From the IMG/VR virus record IMGVR_UViG_3300043391_000684, positions 1 through 26,957 of that record: a DNA stretch of 26,957 bases. The stretch is one strand, 5' to 3'. Positions within the stretch are counted from its first letter, which is position 1; every line of letters starts with the position of its first letter. The notes beneath the pieces are model-generated. The model was not told the DNA's origin. It saw nothing but the letters and a program-made list of their open reading frames with translations, and did no database searches. The stretch is from a virus (lineage: Duplodnaviria; Caudoviricetes). Of the stretch, positions 20,607-26,957 are shown piece after piece. Both the position numbers and the translations under genes were made by a program.

Positions 20607-21051
20607 TTATGTCGGCTACACCGAGGGACCAAACAACAACACCAGCTTCGGCAAGTGGTTTGGACTTAATAACCAGCCGTGGTGCGCTATGGCAGCCTCG
20701 AAGATCTACCATGAAGCTGGTATGATTGCACAAGTCGCACCCAAGACCAAGCCAAAAGGCTTTGCCTCTTGCGATGAGTGGCTCAAATACTTGACAAAGA
20801 ACAACCAGCTGGTTCCAATCGGACAGGCGCAACTCGGAGATCTGGTCTTTTTCCAGTTTGACGATGACGCACAGCCTGATCACGTCGGCATTGTTCGCTG
20901 GCACAACACCCCTTTGAAGTACATCAACGTTTGGGAAGGCAACACCAGCGGCAACGCCACGGGTAGCCAGTCCAACGGCGACGGCTTCTATGTTAAGAGA
21001 CGCCCCTACAAGACCATCATGGCAATCGCTAGACCTAAAAAAGGAGCATAA
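20578..21051 (+). CDS. Endolysin, CHAP domain
   Basis: QPWCA (catalytic Cys), GDLVFF, DHVGIV (catalytic His) and EGNT. Likely TTG start at 20578 after AAGGGGA. Confidence 0.85.
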   Translation: MKSLKESADSYVGYTEGPNNNTSFGKWFGLNNQPWCAMAASKIYHEAGMIAQVAPKTKPKGFASCDEWLKYLTKNNQLVPIGQAQLGDLVFFQFDDDAQPDHVGIVRWHNTPLKYINVWEGNTSGNATGSQSNGDGFYVKRRPYKTIMAIARPKKGA

Positions 21052-21275
21052 TGAACAAGTACACCGTCCCCCCTATCGTCAAGACCTACCTCAGAGCAGC
21101 TGCAGCGGCAGTCGCCGCCTTATTTTTAGCTGACCCAAACCGCCCACTCCGCGATTACGCGGCCGCGGGACTGGCAGCCGTCCTTGGACCTATCATCAAA
21201 GCCATCGACCCTAAAGAAAAGCAATTCGGAATAGGCTCCGACGAGTTCGAGGCAAATAAGAACGTAGCCGAGTAA
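21051..21275 (+). CDS. Holin (putative)
   Basis: AAGGAG RBS; TYLRAAAAAV.., two hydrophobic segments, and AIDPKEKQFG.G C-terminus. Confidence 0.7.
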   Translation: MNKYTVPPIVKTYLRAAAAAVAALFLADPNRPLRDYAAAGLAAVLGPIIKAIDPKEKQFGIGSDEFEANKNVAE

Positions 21276-21289
21276 CCAGCCTTTACCAC

Positions 21290-21328
21290 GACCCCCACCA
21301 CTGGCACCCCCAGCGGTGGGGGTCTTTT
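21290..21328 (+). terminator. Rho-independent terminator ending the late operon
   Basis: GACCCCCACCACTGG / CCAGCGGTGGGGGTC stem with one mismatch, followed by TTTT. Confidence 0.85.
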
Positions 21329-21342
21329 GCTATGCCCGAGAA

Positions 21343-21358
21343 TGTGATTAATCTCACA
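21343..21358. promoter_or_regulatory. CRP/GlxR-type binding site
   Basis: TGTGA-TTAATC-TCACA is an exact TGTGA-N6-TCACA, upstream of promoter P1. Confidence 0.55.
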
Positions 21359-21377
21359 CCACGCCGATAGTGTCTTT

Positions 21378-21422
21378 GTATTGACAGCGTATACACGGAT
21401 GCAATAGACTTATCCCATAAGC
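21378..21422 (+). promoter_or_regulatory. Sigma70/SigA-type promoter P1
   Basis: TTGACA(21381-86)-18 nt-TAGACT(21405-10); 37/45 identical to P2. Confidence 0.85.
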
Positions 21423-21454
21423 CCGAAAGGGACCAACGAACGGAAGGCAAGAAA

Positions 21455-21724
21455 ATGACAAAGACACAGTACGCAGCAGACCTCGGCAAGTGCTACGCAA
21501 AGACAGCCGACGGCTTCATTCGCGCATACAAGGACGGCGACTACTACCGCCTTTACTTGGTAGCTCGCGAGTTGATTTGGAATGCAGACAACACTGACTA
21601 CAAGACAGGCAATCGCTTAGAGGCCAGCCCAACCGACGTGCACCTTCGCCACATTGAGAGCTTCGAGTCAGCCGTTGACGACCTACGTGAAGAGCTAGCT
21701 TGCCTAGTAGCGGCAGGTGCATAA
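21455..21724 (+). CDS. Hypothetical early protein (89 aa)
   Basis: GGAAGG RBS; first gene after P1. Confidence 0.75.
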   Translation: MTKTQYAADLGKCYAKTADGFIRAYKDGDYYRLYLVARELIWNADNTDYKTGNRLEASPTDVHLRHIESFESAVDDLREELACLVAAGA

Positions 21725-22014
21725 TGACAAAGATGATTGACGAAGCAGTCCTATTAGTAGTCGCAGACGGCGATTGCGCAGTCCCTGAGTCCAATGCGTT
21801 CGGCGGCGTTGACGTTTGGAAAGAGGGCCAACAAGGTCTGTGGCGAGATTCGAGGCGGGGCTCTTACCTCGCAGAAGGTGTCCGAATCGCAACTGACGAC
21901 AACGAGATCACCGTGACCAAGTTCGTCGGCAGGGGTTTGCTTGCCAAGAAAATCACCATCAGTGGCGACATCTCAGTCGAGCTTCTAGCTCAGATCACCA
22001 GGGGGCTACTATAA
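21724..22014 (+). CDS. Hypothetical early protein (96 aa)
   Basis: TAATG coupling at both ends; starts MTKMIDEAVL. Confidence 0.7.
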   Translation: MTKMIDEAVLLVVADGDCAVPESNAFGGVDVWKEGQQGLWRDSRRGSYLAEGVRIATDDNEITVTKFVGRGLLAKKITISGDISVELLAQITRGLL

Positions 22015-22172
22015 TGGCCGAGACACAGACCGAATTGAAGTTCATCTACGAGCGCGGGAACAAGTTCTGCGCCACTGATGAGCAGCACCATTACGTTCAC
22101 AGCTACGACCCGACTTCGAGGCTAGGCGACTCTTACGACTGCGTCCACTGCGATGATTTCCAGGTGGGCTAG
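22014..22172 (+). CDS. Small Cys/His protein (52 aa; not in the track)
   Basis: MAETQTELKFIYERGNKFCATDEQHHYVHSYDPTSRLGDSYDCVHCDDFQVG; coupled at both ends. Confidence 0.65.
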   Translation: MAETQTELKFIYERGNKFCATDEQHHYVHSYDPTSRLGDSYDCVHCDDFQVG

Positions 22173-22321
22173 TGAATATAGAGCTGACACCCGAGGAGTT
22201 CGAGATAGTGCAGGCGGGGCTGGGCTCAATGGTCCAAGATCGACGATTTAGCGCCAACCGCCAATGGGACGCGCAAAAGCTCAGCCAAAGACTTTGGCAC
22301 ATAACAGAGGGGGAGAGATAA
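22172..22321 (+). CDS. Small hypothetical protein (49 aa; not in the track)
   Basis: GTG overlapping TAG; MNIELTPEEFEIVQAGLGSM..; TAATG coupling to the next gene. Confidence 0.6.
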   Translation: MNIELTPEEFEIVQAGLGSMVQDRRFSANRQWDAQKLSQRLWHITEGER

Positions 22322-22497
22322 TGGGAGCAGTCAAAGAGGTATTTATAGACATGCAGGACGAGATGCGAGCAGTCGCAAGGCAGTTGGAGTACGCCACAGA
22401 GGACGGCGAGCCCGAGTTGATTTACGACACTTTGATCGAGTGCACCGCCAAGCTGGCGGTAGTCACCCGCCGCTACCACAGCATGTGGTCCAAGTGA
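22321..22497 (+). CDS. Small hypothetical protein (58 aa)
   Basis: GGGGGAG RBS; MGAVKEVFIDMQDEMR.. Confidence 0.7.
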   Translation: MGAVKEVFIDMQDEMRAVARQLEYATEDGEPELIYDTLIECTAKLAVVTRRYHSMWSK

Positions 22498-22625
22498 GTG
22501 AGCCAAGGCTTGAGGACGACCATGCCAGGGGCTACGGCGACGTCTGCGAGATCTGTGACGAAATGGCGCATTTCTGCGCCTGTGGGCAGCCCGACACTAT
22601 GGAAGAGGCTGCGTTTGAGAAGTAG
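22494..22625 (+). CDS. Small Zn-finger-like protein (43 aa)
   Basis: GTGA overlap; CEIC..HFCAC motif. Confidence 0.55.
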   Translation: MSEPRLEDDHARGYGDVCEICDEMAHFCACGQPDTMEEAAFEK

Positions 22626-22636
22626 CTCGGCGTGTC

Positions 22637-22681
22637 GTATTGACAACGTATACACGGGTATGCTACGCTTATCCCATAAGC
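22637..22681 (+). promoter_or_regulatory. Sigma70/SigA-type promoter P2
   Basis: TTGACA(22640-45)-18 nt-TACGCT(22664-69) with TGn extension; preceded by CGGCGTGTCG. Confidence 0.85.
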
Positions 22682-22698
22682 TCAGGAAGGGGCCCAAA

Positions 22699-22935
22699 AT
22701 GACATATAAAAGCAAGAAGGTACTAGTAGGAAGCGAGACCGTGACAGTCACGATCTGCTTGACAGAGGACGAAGGACTTGACATCAATGATGGTGGCAAG
22801 TGGCTTCTAATATGTGAGGACCACAGCTCAATCATTCAAGACACCAACAAGCGCCGCCTTTGGGGTTCAGCTGACGAAGTATCAGACTGGTGCGAGATGT
22901 GCCGCATTAACGACCGCGTTACAGTGGGTGCATAA
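22699..22935 (+). CDS. Hypothetical early protein with Cys/His motifs (78 aa)
   Basis: GGAAGGGG RBS; MTYKSKK..GGKWLLICEDH..WCEMC. Confidence 0.75.
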   Translation: MTYKSKKVLVGSETVTVTICLTEDEGLDINDGGKWLLICEDHSSIIQDTNKRRLWGSADEVSDWCEMCRINDRVTVGA

Positions 22936-23162
22936 TGAAGCGCGACCTATCGCAAGCCACAGCCAATAGAGCACTGCTCAACACCCAGCACGGCACTGTC
23001 AGATTCCCGCTCCCAAAGGTTGACGCCGAGGGGCGCTTATCTTGTGAGTGGTGTGGTGCGGCCTTGCGCTCTCGCAAGAACACCAGCCATTACATCGAAG
23101 CGCACCGTGTGCGCCGAGGCTTAGAGAGTGAGTTATGTACGTGGCGGGTGGTGGCCGAATGA
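22935..23162 (+). CDS. C2H2 Zn-finger-like protein (75 aa)
   Basis: CEWCG..SHYIEAH; TAATG coupling. Confidence 0.65.
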   Translation: MKRDLSQATANRALLNTQHGTVRFPLPKVDAEGRLSCEWCGAALRSRKNTSHYIEAHRVRRGLESELCTWRVVAE

Positions 23163-23311
23163 AAGGCGCTCGCGAGTATTCACCGACATTTCAGAGCGCA
23201 AGGTGCACCCTTGGCAGTCATGCCAGCTGCACCAAAGTCGCCCATATGGGTGCATTTCCCAGCCGTCGCCGCCCGTGCGACTGCGATTGTCACGAAGGAG
23301 ACAAGGCATGA
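23159..23311 (+). CDS. Small Cys/His-rich protein (50 aa; not in the track)
   Basis: ATGA overlaps at both ends; ..CTLGSHASC..PCDCDCH.. Confidence 0.6.
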   Translation: MKGAREYSPTFQSARCTLGSHASCTKVAHMGAFPSRRRPCDCDCHEGDKA

Positions 23312-23475
23312 ACATTGTACAGACCAACCGAGGGGCTTGGCAGGTATCGGCAGCCGTCAGCAACGGCCACGACATTTGGATTGAGATAAGGACCTTCTAT
23401 GACGTAAATCAGACAGAGGCAGTCGCACGCTTTTATAATGGAGTGTGGAACTCAGGCTGGACGGTGGCCGAATGA
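23308..23475 (+). CDS. Small hypothetical protein (55 aa)
   Basis: AAGGAG RBS; MNIVQTNRGAWQVSA.. Confidence 0.7.
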   Translation: MNIVQTNRGAWQVSAAVSNGHDIWIEIRTFYDVNQTEAVARFYNGVWNSGWTVAE

Positions 23476-23627
23476 GCGTCAAGGCGAAAGAGAACGCAGA
23501 GCTTAAGAAGCTAATGGACTGGCATTTGCACCAAGCAGCCGAATGTCGTTCAGCTGAAGAAGTCGGCGAGCGCGATTTCCACGTTTGGGCAGCGACTTTG
23601 ATATCGATGGTGAGGGAGATCAGATGA
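23472..23627 (+). CDS. Small hypothetical protein (51 aa)
   Basis: ATGA overlap; MSVKAKENAELKKLMDWH.. Confidence 0.65.
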   Translation: MSVKAKENAELKKLMDWHLHQAAECRSAEEVGERDFHVWAATLISMVREIR

Positions 23628-23773
23628 AGTTAACGAAGCGAGGCAAGAGAGTTCGTGCTGTTTTTATCCTTGTGGCAATCGTTGCTACTTGGCAAGTGAT
23701 GGGGCATTTGTGGTGGGTCGGAGACGGCTACTGCTGGGGCGACATGACTGAATGCATGTTGGGAGATAAATGA
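23624..23773 (+). CDS. Small membrane protein (49 aa)
   Basis: GAGGGAG RBS; basic MKLTKRGKRVR followed by a TM helix and GYCWG..EC. Confidence 0.7.
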   Translation: MKLTKRGKRVRAVFILVAIVATWQVMGHLWWVGDGYCWGDMTECMLGDK

Positions 23774-23916
23774 GTAAAGAGACACCAATTCGTACCGTCA
23801 GGGTTAATGACAAGCTGTGGAAAGCAGCTAAAACCCAGGCCAAACGCAAAGACACCACGATTTCTGAGGTTATCAACGAGGCCTTGCGCGATTTCACAGC
23901 AAAGAGGTCCGCATGA
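23770..23916 (+). CDS. Ribbon-helix-helix (Arc/CopG-like) DNA-binding protein (48 aa; not in the track)
   Basis: MSKETPIRTVRVNDKLWKAAKTQAKRKDTTISEVINEALRDF: alternating beta strand, helix, then T.SEVI..AL helix. GGGAG RBS and ATGA overlaps on both sides. Confidence 0.8.
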   Translation: MSKETPIRTVRVNDKLWKAAKTQAKRKDTTISEVINEALRDFTAKRSA

Positions 23917-25154
23917 TTGGACGCTACACCTCGCGAGAGATGCAGAACGTTTGGTCAGATGAGAACAAGTATGCCACTTGGGCCGCCATTGAGGTCGAAG
24001 TCATGAAATCTCAGGGCAGATCTCAGTTTGGCATTGAAGTCGAACTGTGGCGAGCTCTTGAAATGGCGCTTGTGCCTTCACTCGACCAAGTAGCAAGGCA
24101 TGAGGAGCGCCTAAAGCATGACGTCATGGCATTTCTTGAAGCGTGGCGGTGCAATACCGACAACCGCGAGATACACAGGTGGCTACACTACGGGCTGACC
24201 AGCTCTGACGTGGTCGAGACAGGGCAAGCCGTCCTACTATCTGAAGCCAACTGGCTTATTGCCAACGCTGGCTATCAACTGCTTGAGGCCTTTGTCGATC
24301 ACGCTCTTAAGTACAAAGACACCAAACGAGTTGGACGCACTCACGGGCAATTCGCAGAGCCGACCACTTGGGGCTACCGAGTTGCAGACTTTGCCTTGGC
24401 TACCAGCAGGGGACTTGACCGCTTTACTGCTGCCTGTAATGATGTGCAGGTCGCCCATATCTCAGGCCCGCTGGGCAACTACGCCCACGTGCCCCGCAGT
24501 GTCGAGCTGGACGTAGCCAAACGCTTCAGGCTCAACGCGCCTGACAGTGCCACGCAGGTCTTAATGCGAGACTCTCTCGGTGCTTGGGCGTATTCGCTGG
24601 CTAGTCTAGTCTCGACCTGTGAAGCCTTCGCACTTGAAGTCAGGCACGGTCAGCGCTCTGAAGTCAAAGAGCTGTTTGAAGGCAGGTCGGCGCACCAAGA
24701 AGGCTCCAGCTCAATGCCTCACAAGCAGAACCCGATAACCTCTGAAAAGATCTGCGGGTTGGCTAAAATGGCTAGGGCTTATGTCATGCCGATTACCGAG
24801 GGCGTCGCTCTGTGGCATGAGCGCGACATCAGCCACTCATCTGTTGAAAGAATTGCAGTGCCCGACCTTTGCGCTATCACTGAACATGTGCTGACCGAGA
24901 CCTTCAAACTCGTCAGAGATCTCAGAGTAAACGAGGCTGGAATGCGTTACAACACTAGTGAAGGCAGCACCTTCATGCTCAACCAATACATCAAAAATGG
25001 CATGACTAGAAACGAGGCGTACAAGGCCGCAAAGACTGGGGCGCGTGTGGGCAACTGCCCGCCAGCTGACGTTCAGCATACTTGGGACGCTTTGTCCATA
25101 ATCAAAACAGCACTCAACGAAGCCAGGCTAATGAACGGCGTGTCGCTGGCATGA
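23913..25154 (+). CDS. purB: Adenylosuccinate lyase
   Basis: M..RY, KHDVMAF, HYGLTSSD, GRTHGQ.AEPTT, fumarase-family signature GSSSMPHKQNP and WHERDISHSS.ER. Confidence 0.92.
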   Translation: MIGRYTSREMQNVWSDENKYATWAAIEVEVMKSQGRSQFGIEVELWRALEMALVPSLDQVARHEERLKHDVMAFLEAWRCNTDNREIHRWLHYGLTSSDVVETGQAVLLSEANWLIANAGYQLLEAFVDHALKYKDTKRVGRTHGQFAEPTTWGYRVADFALATSRGLDRFTAACNDVQVAHISGPLGNYAHVPRSVELDVAKRFRLNAPDSATQVLMRDSLGAWAYSLASLVSTCEAFALEVRHGQRSEVKELFEGRSAHQEGSSSMPHKQNPITSEKICGLAKMARAYVMPITEGVALWHERDISHSSVERIAVPDLCAITEHVLTETFKLVRDLRVNEAGMRYNTSEGSTFMLNQYIKNGMTRNEAYKAAKTGARVGNCPPADVQHTWDALSIIKTALNEARLMNGVSLA

Positions 25155-25179
25155 AAATGTCATCACGCTGTGCTATACT
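25136..25179 (+). promoter_or_regulatory. Promoter P3 (extended -10)
   Basis: TGcTATACT (25171-79) with upstream CGGCGTGTCG (25136-45), the same 10-mer found before P2. No good -35. Confidence 0.6.
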
Positions 25180-25206
25180 TGGTCCAACACGGGGGAAGGA
25201 ATCCGA

Positions 25207-25482
25207 ATGTACTCTTTTAAACACGCGGTCCGAGTAGAGGCTGATAACAACTGGTCTCGGCAAGTCTCGGCGATTCTTAAGGAGCCGCTACCATCAAACG
25301 TCACCTACTTAGGGGAGAACGTGCATGGCAGCTGGTTCAAACTACAACTACCTGCGAGCGTTTGGGCGCTCGCCGTTCGCTCTAACCTTATCACTTCGGT
25401 GGGCGTGTACCACTCGCCTGCTGTGTTAGAGTACGAAATAGGAAAGGCTTTAAATGTCAGCTCGAAAAAGACCAAAGTCTGA
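25207..25482 (+). CDS. Hypothetical protein (91 aa)
   Basis: GGGGGAAGGA RBS after P3. Confidence 0.7.
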   Translation: MYSFKHAVRVEADNNWSRQVSAILKEPLPSNVTYLGENVHGSWFKLQLPASVWALAVRSNLITSVGVYHSPAVLEYEIGKALNVSSKKTKV

Positions 25483-25615
25483 GATCGACCCACAATGGCT
25501 CAAGTTTCAGGCAGCGTTATCGCGGGGGACCGCTCAAGACTCCAACTCCGTCAACTGGCGCCTCATCACCCTGTTTTTAGGGGCCTTGGTGCTGGTAGTT
25601 TGGAGTCTTGGGTGA
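25454..25615 (+). CDS. Small membrane protein (53 aa; not in the track)
   Basis: GGAAAGG RBS; MSARKRPKSEIDPQW.. with C-terminal TM LITLFLGALVLVVWSLG; GTGA overlap with the next gene. Confidence 0.6.
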   Translation: MSARKRPKSEIDPQWLKFQAALSRGTAQDSNSVNWRLITLFLGALVLVVWSLG

Positions 25616-25959
25616 GCAGCTCCCGCGTCCAACGGGGGTATCAGAGCCAGCGCCTAGTCGCTGAGTATTTTAGAAGTAATGGTTGGCCCTATGCACAACC
25701 TGCAGGGTCAGGCAGATCGGGAACCGACATCACTGGGGTAATGGGGGTTGATGTCGAAGTCAAGGCACGGCGGGGGATTAAAGTCGCCGAGGCTATGAAG
25801 CAACTCCGAGACAGGTACCAAGAGGGGCATTTGCCAGTGGCAATACTTCGCTTGGACGGCCAAGGCGAAGCTCACATCGCGGACTGGCCCGCCATCGTGC
25901 CACTCCATATTTTCATCGACCTATTGAAAGCGGCGGGTTATGACAAACCAAAGTTCTGA
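25612..25959 (+). CDS. PD-(D/E)xK nuclease, Holliday-junction-resolvase-like
   Basis: S..RGY.SQR.VAEYF...GW..G.DI...DVEVKAR pattern. Start reassigned to GTG25612. Confidence 0.75.
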   Translation: MSSSRVQRGYQSQRLVAEYFRSNGWPYAQPAGSGRSGTDITGVMGVDVEVKARRGIKVAEAMKQLRDRYQEGHLPVAILRLDGQGEAHIADWPAIVPLHIFIDLLKAAGYDKPKF

Positions 25960-25979
25960 TCTGCCCGAGAGGAGCGTTT

Positions 25980-26396
25980 ATGCGCCCACTAACACAAAAG
26001 ATGATTACAATACTAGGGGTTTCACTAGCAATATCGGCGACATCGAACCTGTTATCAGCAGTTCCAGCGAATCCGATTGTACATGCCGAGCGACCAATTC
26101 TGATGCAAGTGGACGCGAAGGCCGTGGCTCGGGAGTTGCTACACGAAAAATCGTTCAAGTGCTTCACCCAGCTGATTGGCAAGGAGAGCGCTTGGAATCC
26201 CCAGGCAGAGAATCCTGTCAGCAGTGCTTCGGGTATCGGACAGCTACTTGATGGAACGTACAAGAATCTTGGCATGAAGCATTCAGATGCCGAAGTGCCA
26301 CAGCTGGTTGCAACTCTCGCCTATATCGGGCGAAAGTACGGCCCAGGGGGGCCATGCGCCGCATGGGCTCATTTTAAGAAGCACAACTGGTACTAA
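25980..26396 (+). CDS. Exported lytic transglycosylase (SLT/lysozyme-like)
   Basis: GAGGAG RBS; signal-peptide-like N-terminus; KESAWNPQAEN..SASGIGQL..YIGRKYG..C.AW..NWY with catalytic ES. Confidence 0.85.
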   Translation: MRPLTQKMITILGVSLAISATSNLLSAVPANPIVHAERPILMQVDAKAVARELLHEKSFKCFTQLIGKESAWNPQAENPVSSASGIGQLLDGTYKNLGMKHSDAEVPQLVATLAYIGRKYGPGGPCAAWAHFKKHNWY

Positions 26397-26405
26397 GGGG
26401 GAACA

Positions 26406-26732
26406 GTGAGCGCATTCGATAAGGAAAAACCAAAGATCAACCTACCACTCGACGTGGCTGCGTGGATTGAACTCTACCGAAAGACTCAGGGCGAGATCAA
26501 AAGCCTTGAGGAGAAGCTAGACCAAGCGAAAGCTAAAATCCAAGAGATGATGGGCGAGAGCGAGATCGGCCTGCTTGACGGCAAGGTCGCAGTTCGCTGG
26601 ACCAAAGTCACCTCTTACAGGCTTGATATCGCCAAGGCCAAAGAGATCTTGGACCCCAAGATTTACACGTTTCTGTCTCGGGAGTCCGAGTCTCGTCGCT
26701 TCACGATAGTTGAGCCCGATGTCAATAGTTGA
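26406..26732 (+). CDS. Hypothetical coiled-coil protein of the recombination module
   Basis: GGGGGA RBS and GTG start; coiled coil followed by V.W..V...RLD..RRF; precedes the exonuclease. Confidence 0.7.
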   Translation: MSAFDKEKPKINLPLDVAAWIELYRKTQGEIKSLEEKLDQAKAKIQEMMGESEIGLLDGKVAVRWTKVTSYRLDIAKAKEILDPKIYTFLSRESESRRFTIVEPDVNS

Positions 26733-26814
26733 CCCAATCGTGCCAGCTCCTGACTGGGGTCGTCAGCCCAATATCCCCGACCACGAAATCTACGAGGACG
26801 AGGACGACGAGTGA
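26719..26814 (+). CDS. Tiny acidic protein (31 aa)
   Basis: MSIVDPIVPAPDWGRQPNIPDHEIYEDEDDE; fills the gap and has a GTGA overlap with the next gene. Confidence 0.45.
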   Translation: MSIVDPIVPAPDWGRQPNIPDHEIYEDEDDE

Positions 26815-26957
26815 GTTACGCGAGACTTTTTAGCGACCAAGAGGAGTACGCAAATGCAGTCCGAGACGTCGTCGCACAAGCAGGCATCTGGTCGCCGAGA
26901 GCAGGGCAAATCCAAATCGGCCCGAGCGAAGTCGGGCACAAGTGCACTCGGCGTCTC
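26811..26957 (+). CDS. Cas4-like/RecB-family exonuclease, 5' part (runs off the window)
   Basis: GAGGA RBS and GTG start; ..PRAGQIQIGPSEVGHKCTRRL resembles the N-terminus of actinophage Cas4-like exonucleases. Confidence 0.65.
   Translation, partial: MSYARLFSDQEEYANAVRDVVAQAGIWSPRAGQIQIGPSEVGHKCTRRL

Noticed and set aside
21276-21454. tRNA or other structured RNA gene in the longest intergenic gap
   Set aside because: No cloverleaf or T-loop motif; the gap is explained by terminator, CRP-like box, promoter and leader.
22498-22698. N-terminal extension of the track ORF 22498..22935 (likewise 20120, 20494, 23128, 25495, 13677, 2033, 81)
   Set aside because: The extensions run through promoters or other coupled genes; downstream starts with an RBS or stop/start overlap fit better.
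25940-26251. 103-aa ORF overlapping the transglycosylase
   Set aside because: The other frame has a strong GAGGAG RBS and clear SLT motifs; this one is low-complexity.
26811-26957. CRISPR-Cas system implied by a Cas4-like gene
   Set aside because: No repeat-spacer array or other cas genes; solo Cas4-like exonucleases are common in phage recombination modules.

Overview
A roughly 27-kb segment of a tailed (siphovirus-like, HK97-fold) phage genome, with every credible gene on the + strand. Gene content and promoter style suggest an actinobacterial host (inference). Order: small and large terminase; a ~6-kb insert between terminase and portal (membrane protein, BppU-like Ig-fold protein, two Thr-rich collagen-like fibre proteins, three paralogous beta-rich proteins, a small helical protein and a GT2+TPR glycosyltransferase); portal, prohead protease and major capsid; a second GT2; head-tail connectors; two tandem paralogous tail-tube genes; a tail chaperone with a probable -1 frameshift; tape measure, minor tail and tail fibre; a CHAP endolysin/holin cassette and terminator. 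An early region follows, with two near-identical sigma70-type promoters, many translationally coupled mini-genes, an RHH regulator, a phage-encoded adenylosuccinate lyase (purB), a PD-(D/E)xK resolvase-like nuclease, an exported lytic transglycosylase and the start of a Cas4-like exonuclease. The best candidate for a new system is a virion glycosylation module resembling the BclA/SgtA spore glycoprotein system: Thr-rich collagen fibres plus a TPR-GT2, and a second GT2 behind an RNA structure that can occlude its own ribosome-binding site. Also notable are the phage purB and an apparent absence of CCGG and GGATC/GATCC. All calls come from reading the sequence by eye; no searches were run.
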